From Octopus bimaculoides (Eukaryota), in assembly GCF_001194135.2 (NCBI RefSeq), contig NC_068984.1, forward strand, positions 109,173,890 through 109,208,064: a stretch of DNA of 34,175 nucleotides, read 5' to 3'. Positions 11,816 to 24,500 of this stretch are shown here, in pieces. Under the pieces are notes generated by a model. The model was not told the DNA's origin. It ran no database searches and saw only the letters and a list, made by a program, of their open reading frames with translations. Every line of letters starts with the position of its first letter. The stretch's first letter is position 1. The position numbers and the translations under genes were made by a program.

Positions 11816-13242
11816 ATACGTGTATGCATACGTGTGTACGTGTGTATGTGAGTATTATATTTGAACACAAACGTCATTGTAGAGACAGATACAAGCTTTA
11901 AATGTCTAGAAATTTAGCGTGTGATTGTAAAAGTAGAGAGGAATATGTCTTTGCTCAGTTTCACGGAACATCCGAATGAAAATGACTTTTATGTAAATTG
12001 ATTTACGTTTTAAACCACTAATACTGGCTCTTACGAAAGGAATCGTATTGGATAATATGTTAGAACTTCACACGAAATAATATATTTCTCTCATCTATTT
12101 ACGCAAGCATTTCAAATACTGAAGGAACTAATTCAATTTTTCTTCCTCAATGAACGAGCTGATAAATACCAGTAATTATCAATGGTTAATAATTTGAATA
12201 TTCCTATTTATTCTGGTGCAGACCGTTTGCTCGTAAAGGTCAATGGAGACGTAGCTTCGGCTGTTAAGGAAGTCCAGTAAACTGTTGGCTGCTTAGTATT
12301 TCATGATGTTTACCTACTTGTCCACTGTCACGTTGAGCTGAAGTCCCTAAAGCACCCATATCGATTTTTCGTATAGGTACATATTTGTATATATCTTCGT
12401 GTATACATGTAGGTATCTACCTGCATGTAAATCTACCTACACACACGCAGGCGCGCGTAATTATGTATAAGACGGAACGCAGCAAAATGCTGTGCCGATG
12501 AAAACTATTTTCTCTGAAATCTTGGATTATTTTTTTTTCACATTTGATAAGGACATTTTGTTCCGAAATATTATAGGTGCATCAATCCATTTGCGAAAAT
12601 TAGCAAAAAATATCTTTTCTCTTTGTTTTTTTTTTTATTGATATCACTTCATATTTTTTGCTGCGTTTCTCAAATGTTTCTCTCACATGTACGTCAAATA
12701 GGAATATGTATAAATATATACATACATATTTGAGTCAATGGGATCAACTATTCTTAACCCACTATTAAATTTCTTGTCTTTTGCTGGTACTAGGAATTTA
12801 TTTCAACCTGACAACCATTGGTTAGTACGGGGTTAGCCGCGGAAAATTCAAGTTCCAGTTCTTGGATGAAACTAACTGGCTTCCGTCACTGATGCTGTTG
12901 AGTAAGGCATGACCGCCACAATACCTCGTTCCTTGTTCGTTAAAATAGAAAGTCTTATAACAAAATAAAAACATAACGAGTCTTTATTCTTTTACTGGTT
13001 TAAGTCTTTGCGCTATGCTCAAGCTGTAGGACTGGCATCAATGAGTTTTGTCGGTTATATTAAGCCTAGTACTTTTGGTGCTACTTCCTCTATATCCTCA
13101 AAATTAAGGTGGGATTTTAACTCAGAAAGAGAAACAACTACAGCAACGCCTTTATGATTGTACCTTTTCACCTTTTCTTAGAAGATTTTTTTTCCAACTA
13201 AAAATAAAAACAATGTTTATCCTAGAATGTTTGGTGGTTTAC

Positions 13243-13496
13243 CAAAAATTTGTTCCGTTTAATAATCCTATACTGTCTGTAAACCTCACGACTTCATTGG
13301 TTTTCAAACATTCCCACCAGAAACCAAATTCTCTCCAGCATCTACATTTTTCTCGTAGACTTTCCTGTTGAACATTGATTACTGCATTATCACAGTATAG
13401 TGGGATTTGGGCTGCTTCAAAAGCCATAGGTACTATCTTGGCCATTTTGAGCAAATCATAACGAAACATTCGCCGCAGCCACAAAGTCATCTGGTC
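13243..13496 (-). CDS. Probable coding exon of an unidentified host gene
   Basis: TATAG acceptor at 13497-13498, then 84 open, non-repetitive codons: DQMTLWLRRMFRYDLLKMAKIVPMAFEAAQIPLYCDNAVINVQQESLREKCRCWREFGFWWECLKTNEVVRFTDSIGLLNGTNF. It ends at a TG|GTAAAC donor (phase 2) or at the TAA at 13239-13241. Rich in C/W, with GC above the flanks. Confidence 0.55.
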
Positions 13497-14075
13497 CTAT
13501 ATAATTTCGAAATTGCTTTTCCGCAGATTATTTCACAGACGTTCTTATGATATGTATCAAAGTCTCAAAATATTTACCACATGTATTCAATGAAAGGCAG
13601 CCATTATTTATTGTCTTGCGTATCGAACGGTACAGAATACTGGCCAAGTTGCTAGTGAGGAGATTTACAACTTAGTCTTGACTAAACATTGCAGCCATTT
13701 CACATAACATAGCAACTTCGTAACAATAAGAAACCAATGAATGTCACACAATCTCAAACTGCTCTCTCTTAAATATCTCAGACCTTGTGCCTTTATAAGA
13801 AATCAATGTTTATTTATCTGCAGCAGGTGTGATGTTGAAAAGATTCACTTGTTTTCCTCCTTCTCCTTTCCTGTTCCTGTTTCTCAAAGAAACTTCTCTC
13901 TCCTTCTCTCATTTCGTGTACTTCCTTCTAATTATCTCTCCCCAACTCTGCTTCTATTTGAATTAACTGCACCAAATTCTTTCTCGATATTATCTCACAG
14001 CACTTTAAATCTGTTTTCATTCAACTAGTAAATCATAACATTCTCTCCTTTTAATATCCTCCCCCCACACATATT

Positions 14076-14225
14076 ATCTTTTACATGTTTCGGTCATTGG
14101 ACTACGGCCATTCAAGGGCAACGCCTTGAAGAGTTTACACTTATTCTATCGGTACTTTTGCTGAACCGCTATATTACAGTTGTCAAGCGGTGGTAGAAGA
14201 CATATACAAATAAAAGACACACAAA
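14076..14225 (-). mobile_element. Family B SINE, 3' half
   Basis: TCTTTTACATGTTTCGGTCATTGGACTACGGCCAT..CTTATTCTATCGGT..GTTGTCAAGCGGTGG; the last motif is shared with about 23813-23827. Confidence 0.7.
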
Positions 14226-14247
14226 TAAAAGACGCACATACATACGT

Positions 14248-14298
<51 letters not shown>

Positions 14299-14362
14299 TA
14301 TATATCCATATTAATAAATGCCAAAACGAATTTCTGTGTGTCAGCGTGTCAGAAGCAGCAGC

Positions 14363-14369
14363 AGTAGTG

Positions 14370-14416
<47 letters not shown>

Positions 14417-14572
14417 CTGCTACACGTCTACACAAGGAACTGGGTTATAACGTAGAACTCTTCCCATATAAACCAAGAATCGAAAATAAAAAATAAAATA
14501 AAATGTAATATAAAAAGAAGTAAAAATAAGTAAACCAATCAGTAAATGAATTCTCGTGTAGACGCGTAGCAA

Positions 14573-14658
<86 letters not shown>
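14363..14658. repeat. Inverted repeat: (AGT)n + 20-bp arm ... 20-bp arm + (ACT)n
   Basis: CTGCTACACGTCTACACAAG (14417-14436) vs the reverse complement of CTCGTGTAGACGCGTAGCAA (14553-14572) has 3 mismatches. Each arm is extended by a complementary trinucleotide run. Confidence 0.85.
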
Positions 14659-14869
14659 CAAAATGTCTTACAATAGAAATAACCGAAATGGAGATTAAAA
14701 AACGAGTGACCTGAGACACATCTGCACCTACGATGCACAACAACCGTTCTGCGAGGCACTGGTGCACGGTGGGTCGAAACAATCGTAGTGAATAATGAAC
14801 AGTCTCGTGAATTCCATTTTCTTTCTATCTCTCACACGCTCACTGTCTGTTTGTCTCTCTTTTATATAC

Positions 14870-14911
<42 letters not shown>

Positions 14912-15321
14912 ATGTATATATATATATATATATCTATGTATATGTATAAACACATGCGCATACATACATATACATATATATATGCATCTACGTATATGTT
15001 TATATATATATATATANNNNNNNNNNNNNNNNNNNNNNNNNNNNNNNNNNNNNNNNNNNNNNNNNNNNNNNNNNNNNNNNNNNNNNNNNNNNNNNNNNNN
15101 NNNNNNNNNNNNNNNNNNNNNNNNNNNNNNNNNNNNNNNNNNNNNNNNNNNNNNNNNNNNNNNNNNNNNNNNNNNNNNNNNNNNNNNNNNNNNNNNNNNN
15201 NNNNNNNNNNNNNNNNNNNNNNNNNNNNNNNNNNNNNNNNNNNNNNNNNNNNNNNNNNNNNNNNNNNNNNNNNNNNNNNNNNNNNNNNNNNNNNNNNNNN
15301 NNNNNNNNNNNNNNNNNNNNN

Positions 15322-15400
<79 letters not shown>

Positions 15401-15415
15401 GTTATTATTATTATA
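15322..15415. repeat. (CAT)n/(TAT)n microsatellite
   Basis: Read directly beside an N-gap. Confidence 0.95.
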
Positions 15416-15639
15416 TTTTTACTTAGCTATTTTGTTGTTGAATTATTTTTATTAGTTTAGTGGATTTCGCTCTTGTTGAATTTTTGTTTTTTTAATAAAA
15501 CAGTAATATATAAAAAAAATACATATATAATTATAAATATAATATAATTGTTTCTTCTATCTAACGCTCTATTTTGCTTTTATTTTTGCTTTTAATATTT
15601 GTCTATTTGCGTTTACCTCCATTTTCAGTCTCTATTTCG

Positions 15640-15642
<3 letters not shown>

Positions 15643-15691
<49 letters not shown>

Positions 15692-15804
15692 GTTTCACTT
15701 TCTTCCATTTATGTTTTTATGTAATCACCTCTCACCAGTTATAAACTGTCCTTGTAATGTCCTGCTCCTCTGCTCCCCTTTTAATTATCATAATAATAAT
15801 AATG

Positions 15805-15861
<57 letters not shown>
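15643..15861. repeat. Facing (TAT)n and (AAT)n runs around a 100-bp spacer
   Basis: (TAT)n at 15643-15691 and (AAT)n at 15791-15861. Confidence 0.9.
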
Positions 15862-15863
<2 letters not shown>

Positions 15864-16656
15864 TATTATTATTATTATCAGTAATAGTTATAATAGTATT
15901 GGAAATAGTAGTGACAGCAGTAACAATACTAGCAGTAGATGAAACAGTAGTAGCAGTAGTAGTAGTGGTAGTGGTGGTGGTGGTGGTTGATAGTGGTGGT
16001 AATGGTGGTGGTATCCTGTTTGCTTCATTGATCGCTTTAAAGAATCTTTCGAACAAAAACCTAATCAAGGGACATTATGCAATTATAAAGAGAGTGCAAT
16101 TATAACCACGCCAGTAACTTCACTCACTCTTTCCCTCTTTCTCCCTCTTCCTCTATCTCTCTCTCGTTCCCTCTTCCCATTCTCCCTGTCTCTCCATTTA
16201 TTCACTTTCTCTCATTCTAGAGGTTTAGGTGAGATGGTGTTGCATGTACGCATCCATATACGGGGCATGGTGTGTTCGTGTGATGGCGTGATGTTGAGTT
16301 GGTGAGTCGGCTAGTTGATTGTCATATCAGTGAAAACAACCTTCCTACCGCTCTGTTCCACAAGGTTCATCATGTTTACTAAACCATGTTACAAACAATG
16401 TATTGTATAGAGAGGCAGCGAAATCGCATTTAACGTACCAACCATAAAGGGATAGCTAGTCTATTAGTTCTACTGGTCTGAAAGTTCTAATAATTTCCTT
16501 CTATGTTGAAGACTGGTGGAATTAAAATAAGGTGTGGTCGATAGCAGGTGAATGAGTAAATGGATAAATGAATATGTGGCGTTTCTGATAGGAAACAGGT
16601 AAGTAAACAATATAAGACAACAACAGCAACATTATCGTCGTCATCGTTGTCCTCAT

Positions 16657-16685
16657 TACCACCACCACCACCACCACCACCACCA

Positions 16686-16716
<31 letters not shown>
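16657..16716. repeat. (CCA)n/(CCG)n microsatellite
   Basis: Gives the poly-P start of ORF 16647..17174. Confidence 0.95.
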
Positions 16717-16717
16717 T

Positions 16718-17811
16718 GTTACGGCAAAACAATCAGCCACCTCTTATATATATGGATGACCTAAAACTGTACGCTACAAATGATAAACAGCTGGAAACTT
16801 TTCTACAGACAGTACATGGATTTACCAAAGAAATAATAAACATGAAATTTCGCTTAGACAATTGTGCCAAAGCAACCTTAAAAAGAAGAAAACTAGTTAA
16901 GAGTAGCAACATCACACTTGATAAAGCAAATGAAATAAGAGAATTAGACCAGAGCCAGCCATACAAATATTTAGGAATCAATGAACTACAGGGTGTCCAC
17001 AAAGTCTGGGTACATCGCGGGCGATTAACACATACTTTAAAAAGTTTTTATTTCTTATATTTAATTGTTTATGTTATGATTTTATTTACTCCATGTACCC
17101 AGACCTTGTGGACACCCTGTAGATACGATACAATACACACAAATGAAAGAGAAAATAAAAAAAGAATACTATAGACGAGTTAGATTAATACTGAAAAAAG
17201 AGCTCAATGCGAAAAACGGGATAATAGTTATCAACACTGTAGCCGTCCCGGTTATAAGTTATAGCTACAATATCCTTAACTGGACACTAATGAACTAATT
17301 AAAATAGACAGGAAAACGAGAAGAATAATAAGATTTAGTATGCACCACCCAAAATCTGACATAGAAAATTTATATATACAACATATAGAAGGTGTAGAGG
17401 CCTTATACAGCTAGAAAACCATTACAAAATAACCACCATAGGACTACAAAAATACGTACTTCAGAAGCAAGGAAAACTAATACAAATAGCTACAAAACAC
17501 GAACAAAACACAGAACTGTTTTTAGCCTTTAAGGAAGCTGACAAATGCAAACAAGAAATCATACTACATCTAACAACTATGAAGAAAAAGAAGAAACAGC
17601 AAAAGCTGTAAAACAAATGAAATCCAAACTAAAACTAGAACAGCAACGGATGATGATAAAACGACGACAAGAAAAGCTCTTTCATGGCAAATACTGGGTT
17701 AAACTAAACGCAAACAAATAGACAAAGCAAAATCCCAACAATGGGTGAGAAGCTCAGGACTCAAAGCAAGGACTGAAACAATTTTTTATTGCAGCACAAG
17801 ACCAAAGCATC
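16718..17811 (+). mobile_element. Decayed R4/Dong-clade non-LTR retrotransposon fragment (RT C-terminal half and thumb)
   Basis: Reconstructed across frameshifts: KTISHLLYMDDLKLYA..MKFRLDNCAK..YKYLGINEL|DTIQYTQMKEKIKKEYYRRVRLILKKELNAKN..INTVAVPVISYSYNILNWT..IDRKTRRI..MHHPKSDIENLY..RGLIQLE..IAAQDQS. The YMDDLKLY, MHHP and AAQDQ motifs are typical of R4/Dong-like elements. Confidence 0.9.
16989..17119. mobile_element. 131-bp MITE, Tc1/mariner type
   Basis: 27-bp TIRs CAGGGTGTCCACAA(A/G)GTCTGGGTACAT (16989-17015, 17093-17119; 26/27 identical). TA is duplicated at 16987-16988 and 17120-17121, and removing the element restores the RT frame. Confidence 0.95.
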
Positions 17812-18613
17812 CAATCATAAGTACCCGCGGCCAGGTGTTACGTATATCAAAACACCAGCGGTAAAAACAGAAGTATTAATTAAAACAAAAGATTCAAATG
17901 GCTATCGAAGTGTTTCCTTTCGCACATATTTTGAAAGAAGGTCGTCAAGCGTGTCATTGGTTCATAGCAAAGTCTTGCATTGTCCTTTCATTTCCTATTA
18001 ACACAGCATCGTTTGGTTTCAGGGAAATTGTCTAGTATTTCTAAATTTTGAGATATACTAAATTTGTTATATTATGTCTATGAAAAACTGCACACCTAAG
18101 ACATACATAAACATACACACGCATGAAAATTCTCATGCGTACACAGATTTTATATGCATTTTATACTTAAGGTTTATTCAGAATTTATTTAACGCGCAAT
18201 GACCAAGTCAATATATATGGCCGCTGTGCTCATAGAAACATTTATACAGTATTAATATGAATGTCTGTGTGTGTGTATATATATNNNNNNNNNNTACAGA
18301 CATACAACTATACATATATGTATATATCCACGTGTAGAAGTATATATGTGTGTATGTGTATATGTATATATATAACATATATATGCATACATATATGTTT
18401 ATACATACATACATACATACATAAATGAAGCACTAGATTTTGTTAGTAAATGCTTTAAGGAGAATCTTGATAAACTAGGATTTTCAGAAAGAGAAATTGA
18501 CCGGCTGATCCAATATGTGAGTTGGACAGTAAAACTATGCAAGACTTTTCTCAAGTTCCAAATTTGTCTGTGTTAACTACATCCCAAAGATGGAGCCTCC
18601 TCAGTGGAAGACT

Positions 18614-18614
<1 letters not shown>

Positions 18615-18688
<74 letters not shown>
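18615..18688. repeat. (AAT)n microsatellite
   Basis: Read directly. Confidence 0.97.
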
Positions 18689-18692
<4 letters not shown>

Positions 18693-18834
18693 TAATATCT
18701 TTATATATATATATATATACACACATACATACATATATGTATAAATATGCATATATACGCACACACACACACACACACAGACATATGTATATATATATAC
18801 AAATTTACATACAAATATGTATGCACGCACAGAC

Positions 18835-18875
<41 letters not shown>

Positions 18876-18885
18876 NNNNNNNNNN

Positions 18886-18926
<41 letters not shown>

Positions 18927-19780
18927 TGTGAGTGTGAGTGTGAATGTGCGTGTTCGTGCGTAAATGTGTGTTGTGTGTCTGCACATCCATATTGCCGTAG
19001 GATAAGTGGATAAAGAAAGGTCTCAGTACCTCTGATAGCAGCAGAAGTAGGATTAGTTGTAATAGTATTATTATTAGTAGTAGTTATTGTAGTAAGACAT
19101 CAAGAAGTCGAAGTGACAATGATAGTTATAGTAGCGAAGAAAATTAGAAGATTTAACCAAGAAAAAAAATATTAAGGACTTGGAAAATAAGAGCATAGGT
19201 GGATACGAGTAGGAACGAGAAGAAAGGAAGTTGGGAAGAAAATCGAAGGAAGATGAAAATAAAGAGCACGATGCAGGCGAAGAAAACTCCGAAGAAGAAA
19301 GTATAGGGAAAATAATATAAGAAATAAAACAGAAATATACAAAGCCAAAAACAAAAACAAAAACTCCACAAAACAAAGCAAAACCACAGAAACAAACAAA
19401 AAATATGAATAAATAACGGTAAAAAGAAGAAAATGAAGTGCAGAAAAAAGAATGAAAAATGAGAAGAAAACCGAATGAAGAATGATATGGAAAAGTATTG
19501 AGATGCGTTAAGTAAGTTCAGCAAACAGGAAGTAAAAAAAGAATAAGAAAGAAAATAAGAAAGAAGAAATGGTTATCTCATAGTATCAGACCGTCTGACT
19601 CGTCTGGTTTAACTTAATGGTATTTATCCTAATTTTCTGTTGCTGCTAAGATAGATTGACACTACACTTGAAAAAGTCAATATACAATAAGGAGAAGTAG
19701 AAGTGAATTGAAGAGAGAAAGAAGACTGGCCATCGACATGGAAGGAATATATATATATATGTATATGTGTGTATACATGC

Positions 19781-19816
<36 letters not shown>

Positions 19817-19829
19817 CGTCTCAAATACG

Positions 19830-19864
<35 letters not shown>

Positions 19865-20281
19865 ACCCACACACACCCACCCACACACATATATATATAT
19901 GAAACATGTGTATATATATGTATATGTATATAAATATCTATATATGTGTATATCTATGGATTCTTGCCAGGTGGAACGTAACTTTTTTGTGAAAATCCAC
20001 ATGACGTGAGAGTAAAAAAGAAAAAGAGAGAGAAAGCGAGAAAAACGAAGATAATGCGAGTGTGTGTGTGAGGCGGACACACACACACACACACACACAC
20101 ATACATACAGATAGGTAGTGTGTGTGTGTGAGAGAGAGAGAGAGACAGAGAAATAGAGAAAGAAAGAGAGAGGAAGAAAGAGAGAGGAAGAAAGAGAGAG
20201 AAGAATGTTAACTATGTAAGCCTGAAATGTTAGTTAATAATATTTATATATGTGTTTATACGTTATGTGTGTGTATGTATT

Positions 20282-20314
<33 letters not shown>

Positions 20315-20869
20315 GTGTACATATATGTGTATGTATATATGTATGTATATATGTGTATGTATATATGTGTNNNNNNNNNNTATATATGTGCATGTAAGTA
20401 TATACTTAGTATGTATATACTTAGTAAATATGCAAAATTTATATATATATGTATACATAAGCATTACCAAAGGGCGGAAGAACTCCGGAACAGTCAACGG
20501 CCATGCAACAAAATATCTGTAAATGTGTATATATCTTTTTTCTTACATGTTCTTATATGTATATTTTTACTTATATATATACATATATATTATTTATATT
20601 TAAATATTACTATATATTTTTTAATTGCATTTGTTTTACTTTTATATATCATATTATTTATATTTAATTCTTATTCACACATCGTATTTTTTTTATATAT
20701 GTATATTTATACATGTATATTTTTACTTTTATATACATATTTATATTTCTTGCATATCTTTTACTTTTTTATATTTATATACATTATTTATATTGAATTC
20801 TTATTTACATTTGCAAATCACATATCGTACTTTTCTTTTCTTTTTATTATTCTTAATGTATGAAAGATC

Positions 20870-22779
20870 TACTCCGCGTCGCTCACCGGAATGATATTTG
20901 ATCAGGATAGCTTACCTCATGGGCAGGTAGAAGCTCTTTAACCTTGGTTAGTAATCTACTTAGGAGAAGGTAATCTCCGAAATAAAACCTGAGGCTTTGG
21001 AAGTTCCTGGTTTTGTCAATTTTTATGTCACATCGGCGAAAGTCTTTTGGGGCCAATAGGTGGGGTTAGTACAGTGCAAGCTACACCCACGGAAAATTAT
21101 TTATTTGCACAGGTACTTCCTGTATACCAAACCTTAGTAAAATCATTGAATTGGTTGGTTGGCAGAAACCTAAAAATGGAGTTTCAACTTACTCTAAAAT
21201 GTCCCAAACAGACTCAGTAAATGGAAAAAAAAAGTCTTGGGAACGCCAGGGGAACAGGTCAGGCTCGGCAGGTGTCCCAGTGTATCACAGGCTGGGCCCG
21301 GTCGTCATCCTGCCACTGTGGTCAATCTTCAAGAAAAAGTAAGAATAAACATCCTTTGAATTTTGGCTGTTGGAATGTGGGCACACTTCTTGATGATAAT
21401 TTCCACAAGAGGCCAGAAAGGCGTACTGCACTTATTGCATGTGAGCTTAAGAAATATTCCCTTGATATAGTTGCGCTCTCTGAAACTCGTCTCTCTGGTG
21501 AGGTTGAAGTAAATGAACCTACTTATGGATATACTATCTTTTGGAGAGGCCTACCTAAGGGTCAGCGTAGAGAATCTGGTGTCTTGTTTGCTCTCAAGAA
21601 TACATTAGTATCCTCCATTGCAGAATTTACAAGTGGTATATCTGAACGGATCATGTCATGCTGTATTAAACTGACAAAAGGTAGGCTTCTTATTTTGTCA
21701 GTATTTATGTTGTCAGTTTTTATGCTCCAACAATTTCCCATTCTGATGAAACTGTAGGACAGTTTTATGATGATCTAGCACAATTATTAAGGAAAGTACC
21801 AATTTCTGACAAGCTGGTCATATTGGGAGATTTCAATGCAAGATTCGGAAAGGACTATGTTTCATGGCATGTTTTAAGTAGACATGAGATTGGAAAATGT
21901 AATAAAAATGGAGTAGCTCTTTTGATGTTTTGTACTGAGAATAATCTGGTTGCTGAAATATGGACTTGTAACGAAAGGCCTTCTAAATTGTTAGAACAAT
22001 TCCACCAGAAATGCCTTCATCGCATTTTAAACATTAAATGGAGTTCTTTTACTCCAAGCACAGATGTTTTTGCGGCTTCAGTCATCACCTCAATTAAAAC
22101 AACGGTTTTCAAAAGCCAAATGAGATGGTGTGGCCATATTGTTCGAATGGCGGATGAACACATGCCAAAACAGCTGTTTTATGGTGAGCTTGTAGAGGGG
22201 AAACGCTATCGGCGTAAACCTAAAATAAAAGGTTTAAGGACGGCAAAAGAACTACTATGAAGTCACTTGGAATGGATCCAGAAGACATAGAAACCCTCGC
22301 TTCAGATCGAGTTGGAGGCGAACTAAAGTGTGGAGTGGAATGAAAGCATTTGAAGAGGCCAGGATAAGGCATGTAAGAACCAAAAGAGATCTGAGAAAGA
22401 ATGTTACGATCGAGAACGTGAATGACCTTTTTGTGTGCACAGTTTGTGACAGACCATGCCTTTCTTTTGCTGGGCTCAAATCTCATTCGTGAACCCATGG
22501 AAAATGAACCTCTACCAACTATTCTGCCTATATGTCTGAGCACACCTTTGAATACAGTGTATGCCAGAAGGTTTGCAAATCTAACAGAGGTCTCAAAAGA
22601 CATTTTAAGATCCACAAAAGATCAGAACTTATCTGCAGGTCTTGATATTCCAAATCGGATGTACAATCTATGTGGGTGTCTTTTCAGAACATTTTCTTGT
22701 TTAAAAAGCCACATCAGATGCCATGATAGTGCTAAGGGGTAGGTACAGAGGTAGTCAAACTCTGCATAAGGAGTAGACA

Positions 22780-22781
<2 letters not shown>
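20870..22781 (+). mobile_element. RTE-clade LINE, internally deleted (APE endonuclease fused to C-terminus, no RT)
   Basis: APE motifs LNFGCWNVGTL, RPERRTALIA, DIVALSETR, FYAPT, LGDFNAR and FCTENNLV are joined directly to post-RT motifs AEIWT..LEQFHQKCLHRILNIKW..QMRWCGHIVRM..PKQLFYGEL. Three C2H2-like fingers and a (TC)n/(TA)n tail follow. The 5' boundary is approximate, taken from an RTE-UTR-like TAGGAGAAGG motif near 20961. Confidence 0.88.
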
Positions 22782-22854
<73 letters not shown>

Positions 22855-23694
22855 GGCGTATCTATAATGCTGGGCCATTATCTCGAACATTTTCCTACCA
22901 TCACGATTAGCAGCTTTCAGCTTGAGGCAGTCAACAGTTTCATATACCTCGGCTTCACCATCACGGAAACCTCTCCCTAGATTCAGAGATGAACAGTTCT
23001 ATTCGAAGAACTGCTGCAACACCAGCTAGGTTAAGAACGAGAGTTTGGGAGAATTGTTAGCTAATGACTTACAGTAAATTTGCAGTCTACATATCTTTCG
23101 TCTTCAGCACATTGCTATACGGCAGTTTTACCTGGAGTACTTAATCCAAACAGCAACGCACTCACAATGCCTTCCTCCTACAAAGCCTAAGACAGATATT
23201 GAACATCCAGTGGATTGAACGAATCATCAACAACAAAGTTCTGGCTCGAGCACGGACATACACCTTCCCCATCTTACTGCAACAGTGACTTCTCCGTTGG
23301 CTGCATTATATACACTGCTTATCAGATGACAGGATCCCGAAAGACTTGTATAGTAAACTGGCCTCCGGCAAAAGGACATACCATTGACTCCATTCTCGCT
23401 TGGAAGCTGTTTCCCAGAGTGTCATGATGTTTCTTACATGCACATCAAGGAGTGGGAAATCTATGCTGAGATCACACTAGTTTCTGAAGACAGGAAGTAG
23501 GGAAGAATTTAATAAGACGAGACGCTGTCGATTGCTGACGAAGAAAAGTATGATAGAATAAATTTTCAGCAACACGAGAAGACTAACGGACAACACCTTC
23601 AAGTGTAGATTTTGCCGCCAGGATAATCATTCTACAGTCTCAGTAAATACTGTTCTGGATCAGCTCCACGGTATCGCGAGACAAACGGATGCCC
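22855..23694 (+). mobile_element. Second RTE-clade LINE, 5'-truncated and heavily decayed
   Basis: Frameshifted motifs LEAVNSFIYLG, RLRTRVWEN, VFSTLLYGS, LRQILNIQW, LLRWL, DDRIPKDLY and FKCRFC; ends in an RTE-like tail CCACGGTATCGCGAGACAAACGGATGCC. Confidence 0.85.
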
Positions 23695-23747
23695 CTTCGT
23701 CCTCAATATATTTGCTTAGAAACAACAATTGGAGTAGAACATATTTG

Positions 23748-23866
23748 ACACTTATACTACCAGTCTCTTATGCAAAACTGCTAAGTAACGAAGATTTAAC
23801 AAACTGACATTTGTTGTCAAGCGGTGGTAAGGGGCAAACACAATACAAGCACAAAGACCCCACTAC

Positions 23867-23910
<44 letters not shown>

Positions 23911-24085
23911 GCATGCATACTATGGGCTTCCTTCAATTTCCATCGACCAAATTCACTCACAAGACATTGGTCAAGTCGTGGCCAGACTAAAAGACACTTT
24001 TGTTCAAGGTACTGCGCAGTGAGGATGAACCCATGACCGCATGGTTGCTAAATTATTAAGCGAACGTCTTACCCTCACAGCCGCG
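23748..24085 (-). mobile_element. Family B SINE with internal (TA)n
   Basis: Head half 23918-24085 matches 8480-8643 and tail half 23748-23860 matches 14076-14225; the halves are separated by a (TA)n run. Confidence 0.75.
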
Positions 24086-24500
24086 TTCACATAAATTATG
24101 AATTATTTAGGGCTACGATATGTAGACAACCCAATCAATGAATAAATGGAGAGCTTCAGCTCGTGGTATAGGATATAAAATATCTGAATAAGGTTACCTC
24201 GTAGCTGCTGCTCGGGTTTAAAATGTTCTGTTATAAGAATTTCTCTCTCATAAAGTGATGTAAACAAAGAAATGTTACTAGTTATGTTGATGAAAAAATA
24301 TCGCTCGTAACGCACGACAGATGAATTTACTGAGAACAAGGTCAATTTATATCCAGCTAGATAAGAATATTTTGAGGAAAGTGGTTACATACATACATAC
24401 ATACATACATACAGACAGACAGACAGACAGATAAACAGACAGACAGACAGACAGACACACACATAAATATACAAATGCACATGCATATATGTGTATATGT

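Noticed and set aside
12810-13130. Faint tRNA-head-like and SINE-tail-like fragments
   Set aside because: Too diverged to align confidently by eye.
19074-19570. Phe/Leu-rich overlapping minus-strand ORFs that look membrane-like
   Set aside because: The plus strand is simply A/G-rich low-complexity sequence, which leaves all three antisense frames largely stop-free.
20252-20894. 203-aa Ile/Tyr/Phe-rich ORF
   Set aside because: Degenerate (TA)n and T-rich sequence spanning an N-gap.
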